This document shows positions 13,333-25,419 of a DNA stretch of 48,702 nucleotides, piece after piece. The notes under the pieces are model-generated. The model did not search any database and had not been told where the DNA came from. It worked only from the letters and a program-made list of their open reading frames with translations. The DNA lies in the NCBI GenBank assembly GCA_036785375.1, contig JAWMAR010002754.1, forward strand, positions 62,001 through 110,702, given 5' to 3'. Numbering within the stretch: the stretch's first letter is position 1; every line of letters begins with the position of its first letter. Source of the DNA: Leucoraja ocellata. Lineage: Eukaryota. The translations under genes and the position numbers were made by a program.

Positions 13333-13914
13333 TGATACTATCTGTCCCACTGAGTTATTCCTGCTTTATGTGTCTATCTTCGGTTTAAACCGACAGCCGT
13401 GCTTCCCTCTGACATATATGATTTGCATGTATACATTAAACTCCAACTATGACAATTAGACCTGGAGCGGGGCCGTACATCGCCCGGCGCGGCCTAAAAT
13501 GGCCGGGGGACTTACCCTCGCCCACCAGGGGCTTCATCATCGGGAGAAAAATGGAGAGCAGGGGAGATAAATGACTTTGCCTTCCATCACAGTGAGAAGG
13601 AGGTTCACTCTGATGGATGTTTGTATGAATTAATTTGGTTATGTGTCGAGTAGGAATCATTTTTGTTTGTATGGCTGCAGAAACAGAGTTTCGTTTGAGC
13701 CTCACTGATGTTCAAATGACAATGAATATTATATTGTATTCTATTGTATTGTATATCCAGAACGTCTTCAAACGCTGTTATGATCGCTCCAAGAATTGTC
13801 TCGTCCATTAATTCGGATCAGCGTTAAAAACAGCGAGAATCTATTTGTTCGGAAAATTGTGACTAACAACACTGATGATCCATGGCAACCGCCGCCCCAG
13901 GGACGGCCGCCTGG

Positions 13915-13922
13915 CATAAATA
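13915..13922 (+). promoter_or_regulatory. Putative TATA box of GPCR copy 1
   Basis: CATAAATA 58 nt before the ATG; the paralogue has TATAAATA at an almost identical distance. Confidence 0.55.
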
Positions 13923-13980
13923 GATGGGGCGAGGTGCTTGCTTCAGAGTGCAAGCGATCAGCACTGCGTTCACACGTAAA

Positions 13981-16900
13981 ATGCACGCGCCTGGGAACGG
14001 CCCGGTCTTTGCAGTTTACTATTCCGCCCTTGCAGCGTTCGGTGTCCCAGGTAAGGTGTGGATAATTGTGCTAATTATATTTTCAGCCACTTTACTCTGC
14101 TTGGCATGGCTATTGTACACCTCCCAACATTGTGCCTCCGCGGTGATCCCTTAATGACTTGATATGTAATCGATACCTAACACAAAGACGACGATGCCAC
14201 AATAATGCTCCAGATATCATTGTTTGAATATTTACCTCTTTCACGTTATTTTATTTGCTCCACGTCTACTGAAAACGGTCGATGTTCTCGAGTAGCCATG
14301 GACATATTTTAACTGTTAATTAACTATTTACAGATTTATTTAGAAGGGCAGCCAGGGTAACAGTCGAGGAAGAACTGAAGGTACTGTCGTGTTTGAAGGT
14401 AGACAAATCACCGGGGCCTGGTCAGATACATCCGGAGACATTGCGAGGAACTAGAGAGGAAATTGCGGGAGCCCTGGTTGAAATTTATAAATCGTTCTTA
14501 AATACAGGACAGGTTCCAGAGGATTGGAGGGTGGCAAATGTTATGCTTCTTTTCAAGAAGGGCTGCTAGGAAAATGTTGGGAACTATAGGCCGGTGAGCT
14601 GAACATCTGTAGTTGGTAAGTTACCGGAGAGTATTCCGAGCGATATGATATACAGGGAATTGGATGGGCAAGGGCTGAATCGGGACAGCGAGCATAGATT
14701 TGTACGCGGGAGTTCCTGTCTAGCAAATCTGATTGAGCTTTTTTAGACGTGCGCAAAAAGGAAGTTGACGGCAGTAGTGTGGTTGGCGTGTACAAGGACT
14801 TTAGTAAGGCGTTCGACAAAGGTGCCCCGTCGTAGGCTGCTCTGGAAGGTTAGATCTCATGGGATCCAAGGAGAGATAGCTGAATGGATCGCAAATTGGC
14901 TCCGTGGTTGCACCTCTAGAAGGGTTCCCTGAGTTAGTGTCCCGCGTTGCCACTTTTAATATATGCATCCATCATTGCGTTTCGCAATGGCATGTAATAA
15001 ATAAATATTGAACCATAAATACAAAGATATTAAACTACTAACCGACTCTAACATTACTTATCCTTAATTGTATATGCGTGCTTGTCTTTCCGGTTCCCAT
15101 TCCCCAGGTCTTTCCTGATCGAAGACATTTTGTATTAATTATATTTCATTGTAGATATTCAGCCCCATAATGCTACCGCTGATCTTCTGCAATAATTGGC
15201 TACAGTGATAATGCATTTCCGTTCTTATCATCGTGTGGTCGAAGCGATCTGTCATTTCTTCAGCCGAAATGTAGCACTGGGATTTTCCGCTTGGCTTTGG
15301 TTAAATGATTCCATGGATACTGTGCATGTTTCATGTTCTTTCCCCGTATCCATTCATCGCACTTCCGCATAACTATGTATAGCAAATGCGGTCGAATTTT
15401 CAAAATGTATTACATTTATTGCAAAGCCTGCTGTCCCTCCACGAGAATGCACGTCACTGCAATTAATCACGCGATCTCCTGCGATCTGCTGCGCTCTTTC
15501 AAATCATTCGCTTCACAATAGCATTGATGTGCATTGAGCCGCCTCGTGTCGTGTCCATCAGTCGGAAGAGGGGTTTCGGCCCGAAACGTTGCCTATTTCC
15601 TTCGCTCCTGGTTGCTGGTGCACCCGCTGAGTTTCTCCAGAGTTTTGTGTACTTTCGTGTCGTTTAACTGCTACCATGGGTGGTTTTATAAGCTTCTGTA
15701 ACTTCACTTGATGTCAATTCGCAGACAATTAAAACTCTCACCATGTTTATTGCCAATATTAGACACAAAATGCTGGAGTAACTCAGCGGCACAGACAGCA
15801 TATCTGGAATTCCTCTCCAGAGACGCTGCCTGTCCTGCAGAGTTACTCCAGCATTTTGAGTCTTCCTTCGGTTTAAATCAGCATCTGCAATTCCTTCCTG
15901 CACATTATTGCCAATATTGTTCGTTTTGCACGAATTCATTTTCTTTCATGCCATATTTCTTTCTCTCTGTTATTTAAGTGGAATTTTAAAGTTTAGATTG
16001 ATCTGCAATGATCTGCGAAATGTAACAAATGTCCGTCGTTAAACTGATGTGTTTCAATCGCTGTTGGAACAGTGAAAGATATATGCCCCTGTCCCACTTA
16101 TCAAACCTGAAAGGAAACCGCTGGATACTTTGCGGCCCACCCAAGGTTTCCGTGCGGTTCCCGGAGGTTGCAGGTGGTTGCCGGAGGTTGCAGGTAGTGG
16201 AAGCAGGGAGGGAGACTGACAAAAACCAACGTTAACCGCACGGAAACCTTGGGTGGGGCGCAAAGCCTCCAGAGGTTTCCGTTCAGGTTTCCTAAGTGGG
16301 ACAGGGAGCAATATTACGAATGCATCGTCGCCATCCAAACATGTTGATGTAACAGGCAAAAGCTATTTTCGTTACTGGATTTTCTATCTCTCCATCTTTC
16401 TCACACAGCGAATGCGTTGACCATTGTGATCCTGGCGCAAGGAAGATGCGGCCTCGCCAAGTGTATCACCCACTACCTCGTGTTCATGGCGGTGGCGGAT
16501 CTCCTCGTCATTATCACGGCAGTGATACTGAGTCGGCTACGTGCTATTTATTTCCCTGTCAGTTTTTTGTCCACCATTCCCGCCTGCAAACTTATTATTC
16601 TCCTCAGCTGGGCATCCAAGGACACGTCCGTTTGGTTGACCGTCGCCTTCACCTTCGATCGATTCATCGCCATTTGCTGTCACCGACGCAAGCTCAGATA
16701 TTGCACGGAGAAAAACGCGGCTGCCGTTATTGGAGCTGTCTGTGCGGCGGGTTGTTTAAAGAACGTCCCTTCTTATTTTATATACGTGCCAGTGTACGTG
16801 GTCGATAACGTGCCCTGGTTCTGCACGATAAACCAAATGTACTACTCTTCCATTGCATGGAGGGTTTATGACTGGCTGCACCGTATGTTGAACCCATGTG

Positions 16901-17388
16901 TCCCGTTCCTTCTCATTTTTCTACTCAATGTTCTGACCATCAGATACATCCTAAAGGCGAATGAAGCCCGCAAGAGGCTCCGGGCCCAGAGCAATGTAGA
17001 CAGACAGAATGACACGGAGATGGAGAACAGGAGGAAGTCTATCATTTTACTCATGGCGATATCGGGTAGTTTTCTCCTGTTGCGATTGACGTATGTCGTG
17101 AATTTTCTATTTGTGCAATTGACCAGCAATAACTATGCCAGCGGCTCCAATTCCGCTGATCCAAAGTTTATCCTACAGGAAAGCGGATACATGCTGGAGC
17201 TTCTCAGTTCTTGCACCAACTCATGCATTTACGCGGGGACGCAGATTAAGTTCAGAAGACAGTTGAAGGGCGTTGTTCAATTCCCATTCAAACTAATTAA
17301 AACATGGTTCAAAACTTACGCATTACCGATAGTTTCTGTCTTATTTTCCACCACTGAAAATTATAAAGTTGATATGATTTTGAAATAG
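13981..17388 (+). CDS. GPR139/GPR142-like class A GPCR, copy 1 (exon 1 13981-14050, exon 2 16409-17388; 349 aa)
   Basis: Exon 1 MHAPGNGPVFAVYYSALAAFGVP with phase-1 G|GTAAG donor; pyrimidine tract + CAG|CG AAT acceptor restores GVPAN in TM1; YLVFMAVADLL (TM2), SVWLTVAFTFDRF (TM3), ECL2 WFC, SSCTNSCIY (TM7); no internal stops. Family assignment is from motif recognition, not a search. Confidence 0.9.
14360..14910 (+). mobile_element. Old CR1 RT fragment in the GPCR copy 1 intron
   Basis: KSPGPGQIHP, VPEDWRVANV, NYRPVS, DFSKAFDK. Confidence 0.85.
15130..15390 (-). pseudogene. Possible heavily decayed V relic inside the GPCR copy 1 intron
   Basis: In order on the minus strand: IC...AMNGY (Cys to Trp-position spacing of 11, as in V-A), TDRF, and GAAGATCAGCGGTAGCATTATGGGGCT resembling EDSAVYYCA; several stops and indels. 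Confidence 0.3.
16084..16310. mobile_element. PIF/Harbinger-type MITE copy 3 (GPCR copy 1 intron)
   Basis: Same TIRs; ATA on both flanks. Confidence 0.85.
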
Positions 17389-17427
17389 GTGAGTGTTAGT
17401 GATGTCTAGTTTCTGTCCTTATCAGCC

Positions 17428-17462
17428 TCAAGTCAAGTCAAGTCAAGTCAAGTCAAGTCAAG
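17428..17462 (+). repeat. (TCAAG)n microsatellite / retroelement tail
   Basis: About 7 tandem pentamers. Confidence 0.85.
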
Positions 17463-17529
17463 TGTATTTGTCACATACACATGCAAGATGTGCAAGTTCT
17501 CTTTGAGTCGCTGCGCAGGAAAAATATAT

Positions 17530-19325
17530 TTAAGACCAACGTTTGACCCTTGAAGACTGAAAAGGGTGAATTTATTTTGGGGAACAAGGAAATGGCAGAT
17601 GAGTTGAACAGGTACTATGGAACAGTCTTCACTAAGGAGGACACAAACAATCTTCCTGATGTACTAGTGGCCAGATTATCTGGGGTGACGGTAGAACTGA
17701 AGGAAATTCACATTGGGAAGGAAATGGTGTTGGGTAGACTGAAGGCTGAGAAATCCCCACGGCCTGATGGTCTGCATCCCAGGGAACCTGTGGACGCATT
17801 GGTGATCGTTTCGCAATGTTATATCGATTCAGGATCAGTTCCGGTGGATTGGAGGGTAGCTAATGGTATCTAACCGTTTAAGAAAGGAGGGAAAGAGAAA
17901 ACAAGGAATTATAGTCCAGTTAGCCTGACATCGGTAGTGGGGAAGATTGTATAAAACATTATAATTATATTCAGTTATATTATTTATTATATTAAATCAT
18001 AACATGTTCAATAAGGGTACATGTGGATAGCAGTAACATGGCCGTTCTGAGTCAGCATGGATTAATGGTGGGGAAATCATGCTTGACTAATCTTCTAGAG
18101 TGTTTTGAGGATGTAACTAGGAAAATAGACAAGTGAGAGCCAGTAGATGTAGTGACCTGGACTTTCAGATAGCTTTTGATATCGTCCCACATCGGAGATT
18201 AGTGGGCAAAATTAGAGCACATGGTATTGGGGTAGGGTACTGACATGGATAGAAAATTGGTTGGCAGACAGAAAACAAACAGTGGGGATTAATGGGTCCC
18301 TTGCAGAAAGGTTGGCAGTTGGATACCGCAAGGCTCGGGGCTTGGACCGCAGCTGTTACAATGTATATTCGTGATTTAGATGAAGGGATTAAAAGTGGCA
18401 TTAGCAAACTTGCAGATGGCACAAGGCTGGGTGGCAGTGTGAATTGTGACGAGGTTGCTATGATGATGCAAGTTGACTTGGACAGGTTGGGTGAGTGGCC
18501 AGATGCATGGCCGATGCAGTGTAATGTGAATACATGTGAGATTATCCACTTTGATGGCAACAACAAGAAGGCAGATTATTACCTGAATGGTGTCAAGTTA
18601 GGAAAAGGGGTGGTACAACGAGATCTGGGCGGCCTTGTTCATCAGTCACTGAAAGTAAGCATGCAGGTTCAGCAGGCAATGAAGAAAGCTAATGCATGTT
18701 ATTCTTCAGAACAAGAGGAGTTGAGTATAGGAGCAAAGAGGTCATTCTGCAGTTCCACATGCCCTAGTGAGACCACGCCTGGGGTATTGTGTGCAGTTGT
18801 GGTCGCCATTCTTGCTCTTGGGGGGGATGCAGCGTAGATTCACGAGGGTATGTCCCCGGATGGCGGGACTGTCATACGATGAAAGAATGGAGCGACTGGA
18901 CTTGTATACACTGTAGCTTAGAAGGATGTGAGGGTATCTTATGAAACATATAAGATTATAAAGGGACTGGACACGATGGAGGCAGGAAACATGTTCCCAA
19001 TGTTGGGGGAGTCCAGAACCAGGGCCCACCGTTTTAGAATTATGGGTTGGCCATTTAGAACGCAGATGAGGACAAACTTTTTCACCCATGGAGTTATGAA
19101 TCAGTTGGATTCTCTGCCTCAGAAAGTAACGGAGGCCAATTCTCCGGATTCTTTCACGTGAGAGTTAGATAGAGCTCTTAAAGATAGCGGAGTCAAGGGA
19201 TATAGGGCGAAGGCAGGATTGGTGTACTGATTGTGGATGACCAGCCATGATCTCATTGAATGGCAGTGCTGGCTCGAAGGGTCGAATGGCCTCCTCCTGC
19301 ACCCATTGTCTATAGTCTATTGTGT
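17530..19325 (+). mobile_element. Long decayed CR1 LINE
   Basis: EMADELNRYY..VFTKED, KSPRPDGLHPR, VPVDWRVAN, KLADGTRLGG; 3' UTR. Confidence 0.92.
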
Positions 19326-19374
19326 ATTGTGTATTGAATACGTGGGTTAGCATATGATGCGCGTTTGACATCAC

Positions 19375-19780
19375 TGGGCCTCTACACGCTGGAGTTTAGA
19401 AGGTTGACGTGTGGGGTTTTCGAAACTTACAGAATAATGAAAATCATAGATATATTGGATGTGGAAAGGAGGTCTCCGCAGTTGGGAATGCCTTGGGACT
19501 AGTCATAGCCTCAGAATTAAAGGGCGCTCTTTTGGAAAGGATGTGAGGAGAAATAGTCAGAGTGTAATTAATCTGTGGAACTCATTGCCACAGGGGCCTG
19601 TGGAGGCCAAGTCGCTGAATATTGGCTGAAGTCAGACACTGTATTGATCAGAACGGGTGTCAAGGGTCATGGTGCGAATGCAATAAACTAGGATTTGGAG
19701 GCAGAGATCAGCCATGATTGAATGGCGGAGGAGATTCGATGGGCCGAATGGACTATTTTTACTATAACTTGTGAACGTGG
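19375..19780 (+). mobile_element. Old CR1 3' fragment
   Basis: LYTLEFRRL, NLWNSLPQ and CR1-type 3' UTR. Confidence 0.75.
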
Positions 19781-21059
19781 GAACTTGTGCACGGTCTGAA
19801 CAGGTCTGAATGACAAAATAAATTCAATTCAATTCAATTGTGAAGAGTGGGGGTCGGCGAATCGTGAGGGATAAGTGGATACTTCCGAAGGGTGCAGGTG
19901 ATCAAATCTGGTAAGACATTAAAAGTGGAATTAAGTAAGGGAGTGATGGCGACGCACTGGAATAGAGTGGATAGGGGCCCAGTGGGGTGCCGGTAGGTGT
20001 AGGTTCTGTGTGTTAGAAAGCGGGAATATCGGCCGAAGTGGTATGAGAGGACCTGAACAGATAAGAAAGAAAGAGAAAGGGCCAGAGGGGTAACGAGTTA
20101 CATGATACTGGAGAGTTAAATCTTGATGTTGCTGATATAAACTAGCCAGGGGGAATCGTCTGAAGAAGGGTCTCGACTAGAAACGTCACTAATTCCTTCT
20201 CTCCAGAGATGCTACTTGTCCCGCCGAGTTACTCCAGCTTTTTGTGNNNNNNNNNNNNNNNNNNNNNNNNNNNNNNNNNNNNNNNNNNNNNNNNNNNNNN
20301 NNNNNNNNNNNNNNNNNNNNNNNNNNNNNNNNNNNNNNNNNNNNNNNNNNNNNNNNNNNNNNNNNNNNNNNNNNNNNNNNNNNNNNNNNNNNNNNNNNNN
20401 NNNNNNNNNNTCAGACATCTCAAGGACACCTTACAGATATTAACAGGAATAAAAAACATGTAATCAGAATAAAATAAATAAATAAAAACATCACAGAAAC
20501 ACAAATTAAAAACAGAATTCAGTTCAAAAACAAAAAAATCAAAAACACAATGCGAAGAGAGAGCAGCGGTAGCTAACGCGCGCCAGCGTCCACTCTCCCT
20601 TCACGACAGCCATCTTGGACAAAGACTAACAGGATTACGTACAGACAAAAAAAATCATCCCCCCACAGTGGTATCCATTGTGGGGGAAGGCACAATGTTC
20701 AGTCCCCAACCCCAAATTCACCCAAAGTCAGGCCTATTGAGGCCACCGCAATTGCCTCTACGGAGGCCCGATGTTCCTGGCCGTTCTCGCCGGGTGGTCA
20801 TGCCCCGTCGTCGGGAGAGTCCTCTCAGACGCTGGGCCACCTGGAACGGCCGCTTCCCAGCTGGAGGCCGCGGCTTCCGAAGCCGACAAGGCCGCGCCGG
20901 TTTGGAGTTCCCAGGCTCCCGATGTTGAATGGAATATACGTTGTTCCTTTAGTTCGAGTTTGGTTTCACCCTGACATTGGGGGAAGCCGGAGGCCTTCAT
21001 GTTGGAATGGTAAGCAGAATTAAAGTTATGGACTGCTTATGTTAGGGACTGCTTCTTGT

Positions 21060-21363
21060 GGAAGTAACCAGAATGATGCTGGTGCCCAAAATGTATGTAC
21101 ACGTCGGAATACCTGGATCTGCTTCGCCCCCGGTTCAATGATATTGGATTGTTTTAAAGCCAGCTCCGGTGTTCAATAAAACTGCCACAGCTATGCATCC
21201 ACGTTGACACTAGCCAGCTGTGCAAATCGCAGCAGCCCTCCCACCCTGCATTCATGCACAAACGCTCCACCGGGTGCAATGAGTAGATATGTGGACTGTA
21301 GTACGTTCGGCACGCACATTGATTGACAGTTGGATGTCAACGCGGATTGATGTTACAAAAATT
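21060..21363 (+). pseudogene. Possible V relic with degenerate 23-RSS
   Basis: KCMYTSEYL resembles V-D CTYTSEAYYL; GACAGTT (21325-21331) + exactly 23 nt + ACAAAAATT (21355-21363). Confidence 0.35.
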
Positions 21364-21628
21364 ATTTGTTCGACATCTGCCATCGATGTTTAATTGATGC
21401 TTTTGTTTGTTCATTGATATTTGCGTTAGGATACCCTGGTGAATCTTGCAACAATTTCCACGATTTTGAATCGCCTCCATGGCTACGGTTCCAATGGGAA
21501 CGGTTGCTGACAGCTTGAACCGAAGTACCCAGGGTTTCCTGTCGGCCTGTGACTGAGCGTTGCGGTGGCACTTGGCATGTGTTCACAAAACCGGCAACAG
21601 GCAGGTGTTCCGCACCACAGGCAATTGG

Positions 21629-21667
21629 AGTTTTCGTACTGGTATGACGCTGCTTTCCATCGCTGTG
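21629..21667 (-). other. 23-RSS of V-B
   Basis: CACAGCG + 23 nt + ACGAAAACT. Confidence 0.88.
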
Positions 21668-22507
21668 CCTTCGAAAGCGCAGTAATACAGGGCAGAGTCG
21701 GTCAATAGCAACCCGGTGATCATTAAATTATTCCACTTGGTCTTGGTGTCCAGCTCCGAAAAGAAACGTGTCCCGAATCCTTCGCCTCTCTCTTGTCCCT
21801 CCCAAGACTTCTGCCGCGCAATAAACACAGGTTCATTCCCCGCTTGTTTTCTGTACCAGTACAACGAATAGGTGCTTTCTGTAGTGATGTAGCTGCATGA
21901 AAGCATCACCCCTTCGCCTTCTCTACTTTTTTTTGATGATTGCGGCTGACGTACCGAATTTCCTGAACTCCGACCTATGACCGGGTTAGGAAAGAATAAA
22001 AAGGACCCTTGATTAAAAGTGACCCTCAAAAAATATTTTGTGCTCGTTAACTTGGAACAAACGCTACTCCGGAGGAATAGGCCGCGGGTCAATTGTAGGG
22101 GTCCGTGAGCACTTTACGATGTCTTGGAAATGCGGTCGAAATAATCAAAGATGTCTCAGATCATTCCTTCATCTCCCCGCCCCCGTCGGGAATGAGATAC
22201 AGTAGTTTGGGAGCGCGCACCAGCAGACTCAGTAACAGCATGGTGATGCAAATGCGAAATGCCAATATTGATTAGTCTGCAAGGTGGAACTTGGCCTCCA
22301 CTACGTTGCCAACTTTAAACACAGCTCCAAGGGAGACGTCACTCGGGTCATCTGTGGAGCCGGGGCTGTTTAGCTCACTAAAATTATCCAGAACCAATAA
22401 TCAATCGGGGGCTCATCGGGGAAATGTTATTTCGTTCTCCCATGCTCCTCCGAGAGCTACTCACCGAGGAAGCATACAATGAGAGTAAACAGAACGACGA
22501 TCTCCAT
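21668..22507 (-). CDS. TCR alpha/delta-type V gene segment (V-B): leader exon 22507-22465, V exon 21974-21668
   Basis: Leader MEIVVLFTLIVCFL with G|GTGAGT phase-1 donor; CATAG acceptor; V exon GNSVRQP...GVMLSCSY...LYWYRKQAG...LTDSALYYCAFE; 23-RSS. Confidence 0.92.
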
Positions 22508-22684
22508 CTTTCTCGCTCAAGGACCGAGTGGTTGTGTAAACGGGAGATCTATACAGCGGCCCTCGACGGGTCTTGGAGATTGTTCCAAAGGACTGCAGTG
22601 AAACGCCTTCAGTGATCTGGTTCACGTGCTTAGGGCGGTGCCCCGGATATCACTGACCACGTGGTGAGTGCATGAGTGACGGAG

Positions 22685-23357
22685 ATTAAGGGGATGGACA
22701 GGCTAGATGCAGGAAGATTGTTCCCGATGTTGGGAAGTCCAGAACAAGGGGTCACAGTTTAAGGATAAGGGGGAAATCTTTTAGGACCGAGATGCGAAAA
22801 ACATTTTTCACATAGAGAATGGTGAATCTGTGGAATTCACAGAAGGTGGTTGTGGCCAGTTCATTGGCTATATTTAAGACAGTGTTAGATGTGACCCTTG
22901 TGGCTAAAGGGATTAGGGGGTATGGAGAGAAGGCAGGTACAGGATACTGAGTTGGATGATCAGCCATCATATTGAATGGCGGTGCAGGCTGGAAGGGCCG
23001 AATGGCCTACTCCTGCACCTATTTTCTATGTTTCTAAGTTTCTTTGTAAACCTGTAGAACATTGTGGAATAATACGCATGTTTATTGTTTGTACTTGTTT
23101 TGAAATTTAATAAGGCAAATTAAATATCTCTCTTCAAGAGCGAGTTAGATTTAGTTATTAGGGTGCTGGAGGACGGTTCTCTGGATACTTTCAAGAGAGA
23201 GTTAGACAGAGCTCTTGAATATAGCGGAGTCAGAGGATATGAGGAAAAGGCAGGAACGAGGTACTGATTTTAGATGATCAGCCATGATCACATTGAATAG
23301 CGGTGCTGACTCGAAGGGCCGAATGGCCTACGAATGCATCTATTTTTCTATGTTTCG
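22685..23357 (+). mobile_element. Two CR1 3' fragments upstream of V-B
   Basis: Near-identical to the 3' end of the 355-1517 element; TTTCTATG tails. Confidence 0.88.
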
Positions 23358-23819
23358 AAATGGGGAAAGGTATGCGCCGGGCTGACAACTGTTCAACGGA
23401 GTGCGCAACTTAGTGTATTGAGTTGGAAGACGCCAGTGCAAACTTGCAACGGAAAGTACGTTAACCATGCACAGGTAATGCTTGTAATCCGACTCCGGAA
23501 ACATATATGGGGAGAAAAACAGACATAAAAGTGCATTAGAAAATGATAAAATGTGATAAATTGAAAATAACTGAGTTAGTAAAAGCGAAGTTACTGATCA
23601 CATCTGAAGTTATTGAACAGCATCTGTAACATGGCTGACGATTATTACCGAGACATTGTTGCCACCTTGTGGAATATGTATTAGATTACCTCGGCAATGT
23701 TAAATGCAATCGAATTCTGCCTTCATATGGCACCACTTCGCCAAATCGCCAAAACACAACGTCCACGCCTCCAAATAATCATCATGGTCTGTAGAGCAAT
23801 AAGCATATTGTCACGGGAG

Positions 23820-24280
23820 GGACACAAAAATGCTGGAGAAATTCAGCGGGCGCAGCAGCATCTATGGAGCGAAGGAAATAGGCAACGTTTCGGACCGAAA
23901 TCCTTCTTCAGACTGATGGGGTGTGGTGTGGAAAAGAAAGGAAAAAGGAGGAGGAGACCGCCCGAGGGCTGAGGAAGGGGCTGAGACAGCAAGGGCTAAC
24001 AATATTGGGAGAATTCAATGTTCATTTCCGCAGGATGCAGACTCCCCAAGCGGCATACGAGGTGCTGTTCCTCCAATTCCCGGTATTGCTCGCTCTGGCC
24101 ATGGAGGAGACCCAGGACAGAGAGGTCGGATGAGGAATGGGTGGAGGAAGTGCTGAGCCAGGTTGGTTATTGCGGACCGAGCGGAGGTGTTCGGCCGAAC
24201 GATCGCCCGGCCTGCGCTTGTCACCGATGTAGATCAGCTGACATCTAGAGCAGCGGATGCAATAGATGAGGTTGGAGGAG
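23820..24280. mobile_element. Penelope-like element terminus
   Basis: Shared family sequence containing a CTGAAGA...GAAAC motif on the minus strand. Confidence 0.65.
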
Positions 24281-24559
24281 ACTCACGGGATACGGATAAG
24301 GGTGAACTCTCGTGTCATTGAAGCAGATTCTGCACCTCTAAAAAATGCATTTACCTTTAATATCTGCAAAAAAAAGTTTAGTTTAAATATCATGGGTATT
24401 ATTTTCACGTGGAGAGCGATGAAATGAAAAAAAAAATTAGTTGCACGCTATCCAATCAGTGCCGAAAATAATATACATCAGTACAATCAAATCAAACTCA
24501 ACTACACCAAGTAGAGGAATGGAATAGATAGAGATAAAAATCTCATTGCTTTCACCCTC

Positions 24560-24800
24560 CGCAGCTGTGCCTTCACTGTAGTTTGTCCCAGTCACTGCGC
24601 GCTGCTACTGGATGTAAGCAAGCGCCGTTCGCCCCCGGTAACCGATCACCAACTCCCCTACCTCCGTTCACCGCTGGGCGGCGTTCCAAATCTCCTGCTG
24701 GTAAGCACTCGCGATTTGGTCTTTTGCGTCCCGCCGTGGGTTGGATCTCCTTTCCTGCCATGTGTCACTGGGTGCTTGTTACCGTGGAATTGCCGCTTGT
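24560..24800 (-). pseudogene. Possible V relic related to V-B
   Basis: SGNSTVT start, GRGVGDRL, RSD, and end GAAGG-CACAGC matching the V-B end GAAGG-CACAGCG; many indels. Confidence 0.35.
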
Positions 24801-24901
24801 AATTGGTTGAATCAACAGGCTAGTGGGGCGGTGGAATTAAATTTCTGCTTAGATTGTGAGTTTCCCCACATTCAGAGATAGAAGACGCAGAGAGAAAGAT
24901 C

Positions 24902-25380
24902 ATGAACAGTCGTCTCGCGCCGTTCTTTATCGTTATGTCGCTTCTAGGTAAGAATTTCCTTTCCACTAAAATGGAACACCTCGCTGTATCTCTGTGATCC
25001 AATATGTCGACAGGCGGGGTACTGATTAGTAGTTTAACTAAGATAAAGATGGCATCTGATCTATTGTTTCTCTTAGACAGGAGCCTCCAGGACACGGTGG
25101 AACAATCGGTCTCTGAAACGAATTGCACGGAGAAAAGTAAAGTCACACTAAGTTGTGAGTTGAAAACCACGGATACGAACCCTTATGTTTTCTGGTACAA
25201 GCAGATCCTCATGCGGCCTCCGCACTACCTTCTTCGTATTATCGCAGGGCAGCTAACCAGAAATAGCGGCATCGCCGACCGGTTTTCCTCCACTTACGAT
25301 AAATTGACGAAAATTACAGAGTTAACAATCGATGACGCCGTGATCTCCGACTCGGCCGTGTATATCTGTGCCATGAGCCC
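24902..25380 (+). CDS. TCR alpha/delta-type V gene segment (V-C): leader exon 24902-24947, V exon 25077-25380
   Basis: Leader MNSRLAPFFIVMSLL with G|GTAAG donor; TCTTAG acceptor; DTVEQ...VTLSCEL...VFWYKQ...ADRFS...SDSAVYICAMSP; 23-RSS. Confidence 0.93.
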
Positions 25381-25419
25381 CACACTGCTGCAGAGATAGA
25401 GAAAACACGAACAAAAACT
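25381..25419 (+). other. 23-RSS of V-C
   Basis: CACACTG + 23 nt + ACAAAAACT. Confidence 0.93.

Noticed and set aside
22118-22172. Apparent leader exon for V-B close to the V exon
   Set aside because: It has an early TGA from either ATG and is weakly hydrophobic; a much better leader with a GTGAGT donor lies at 22507-22465
22246-22253. Ig-type octamer ATGCAAAT near V-B
   Set aside because: It falls inside the leader intron once the true leader is used; other copies (13421, about 31954) lie in repeat context, consistent with chance
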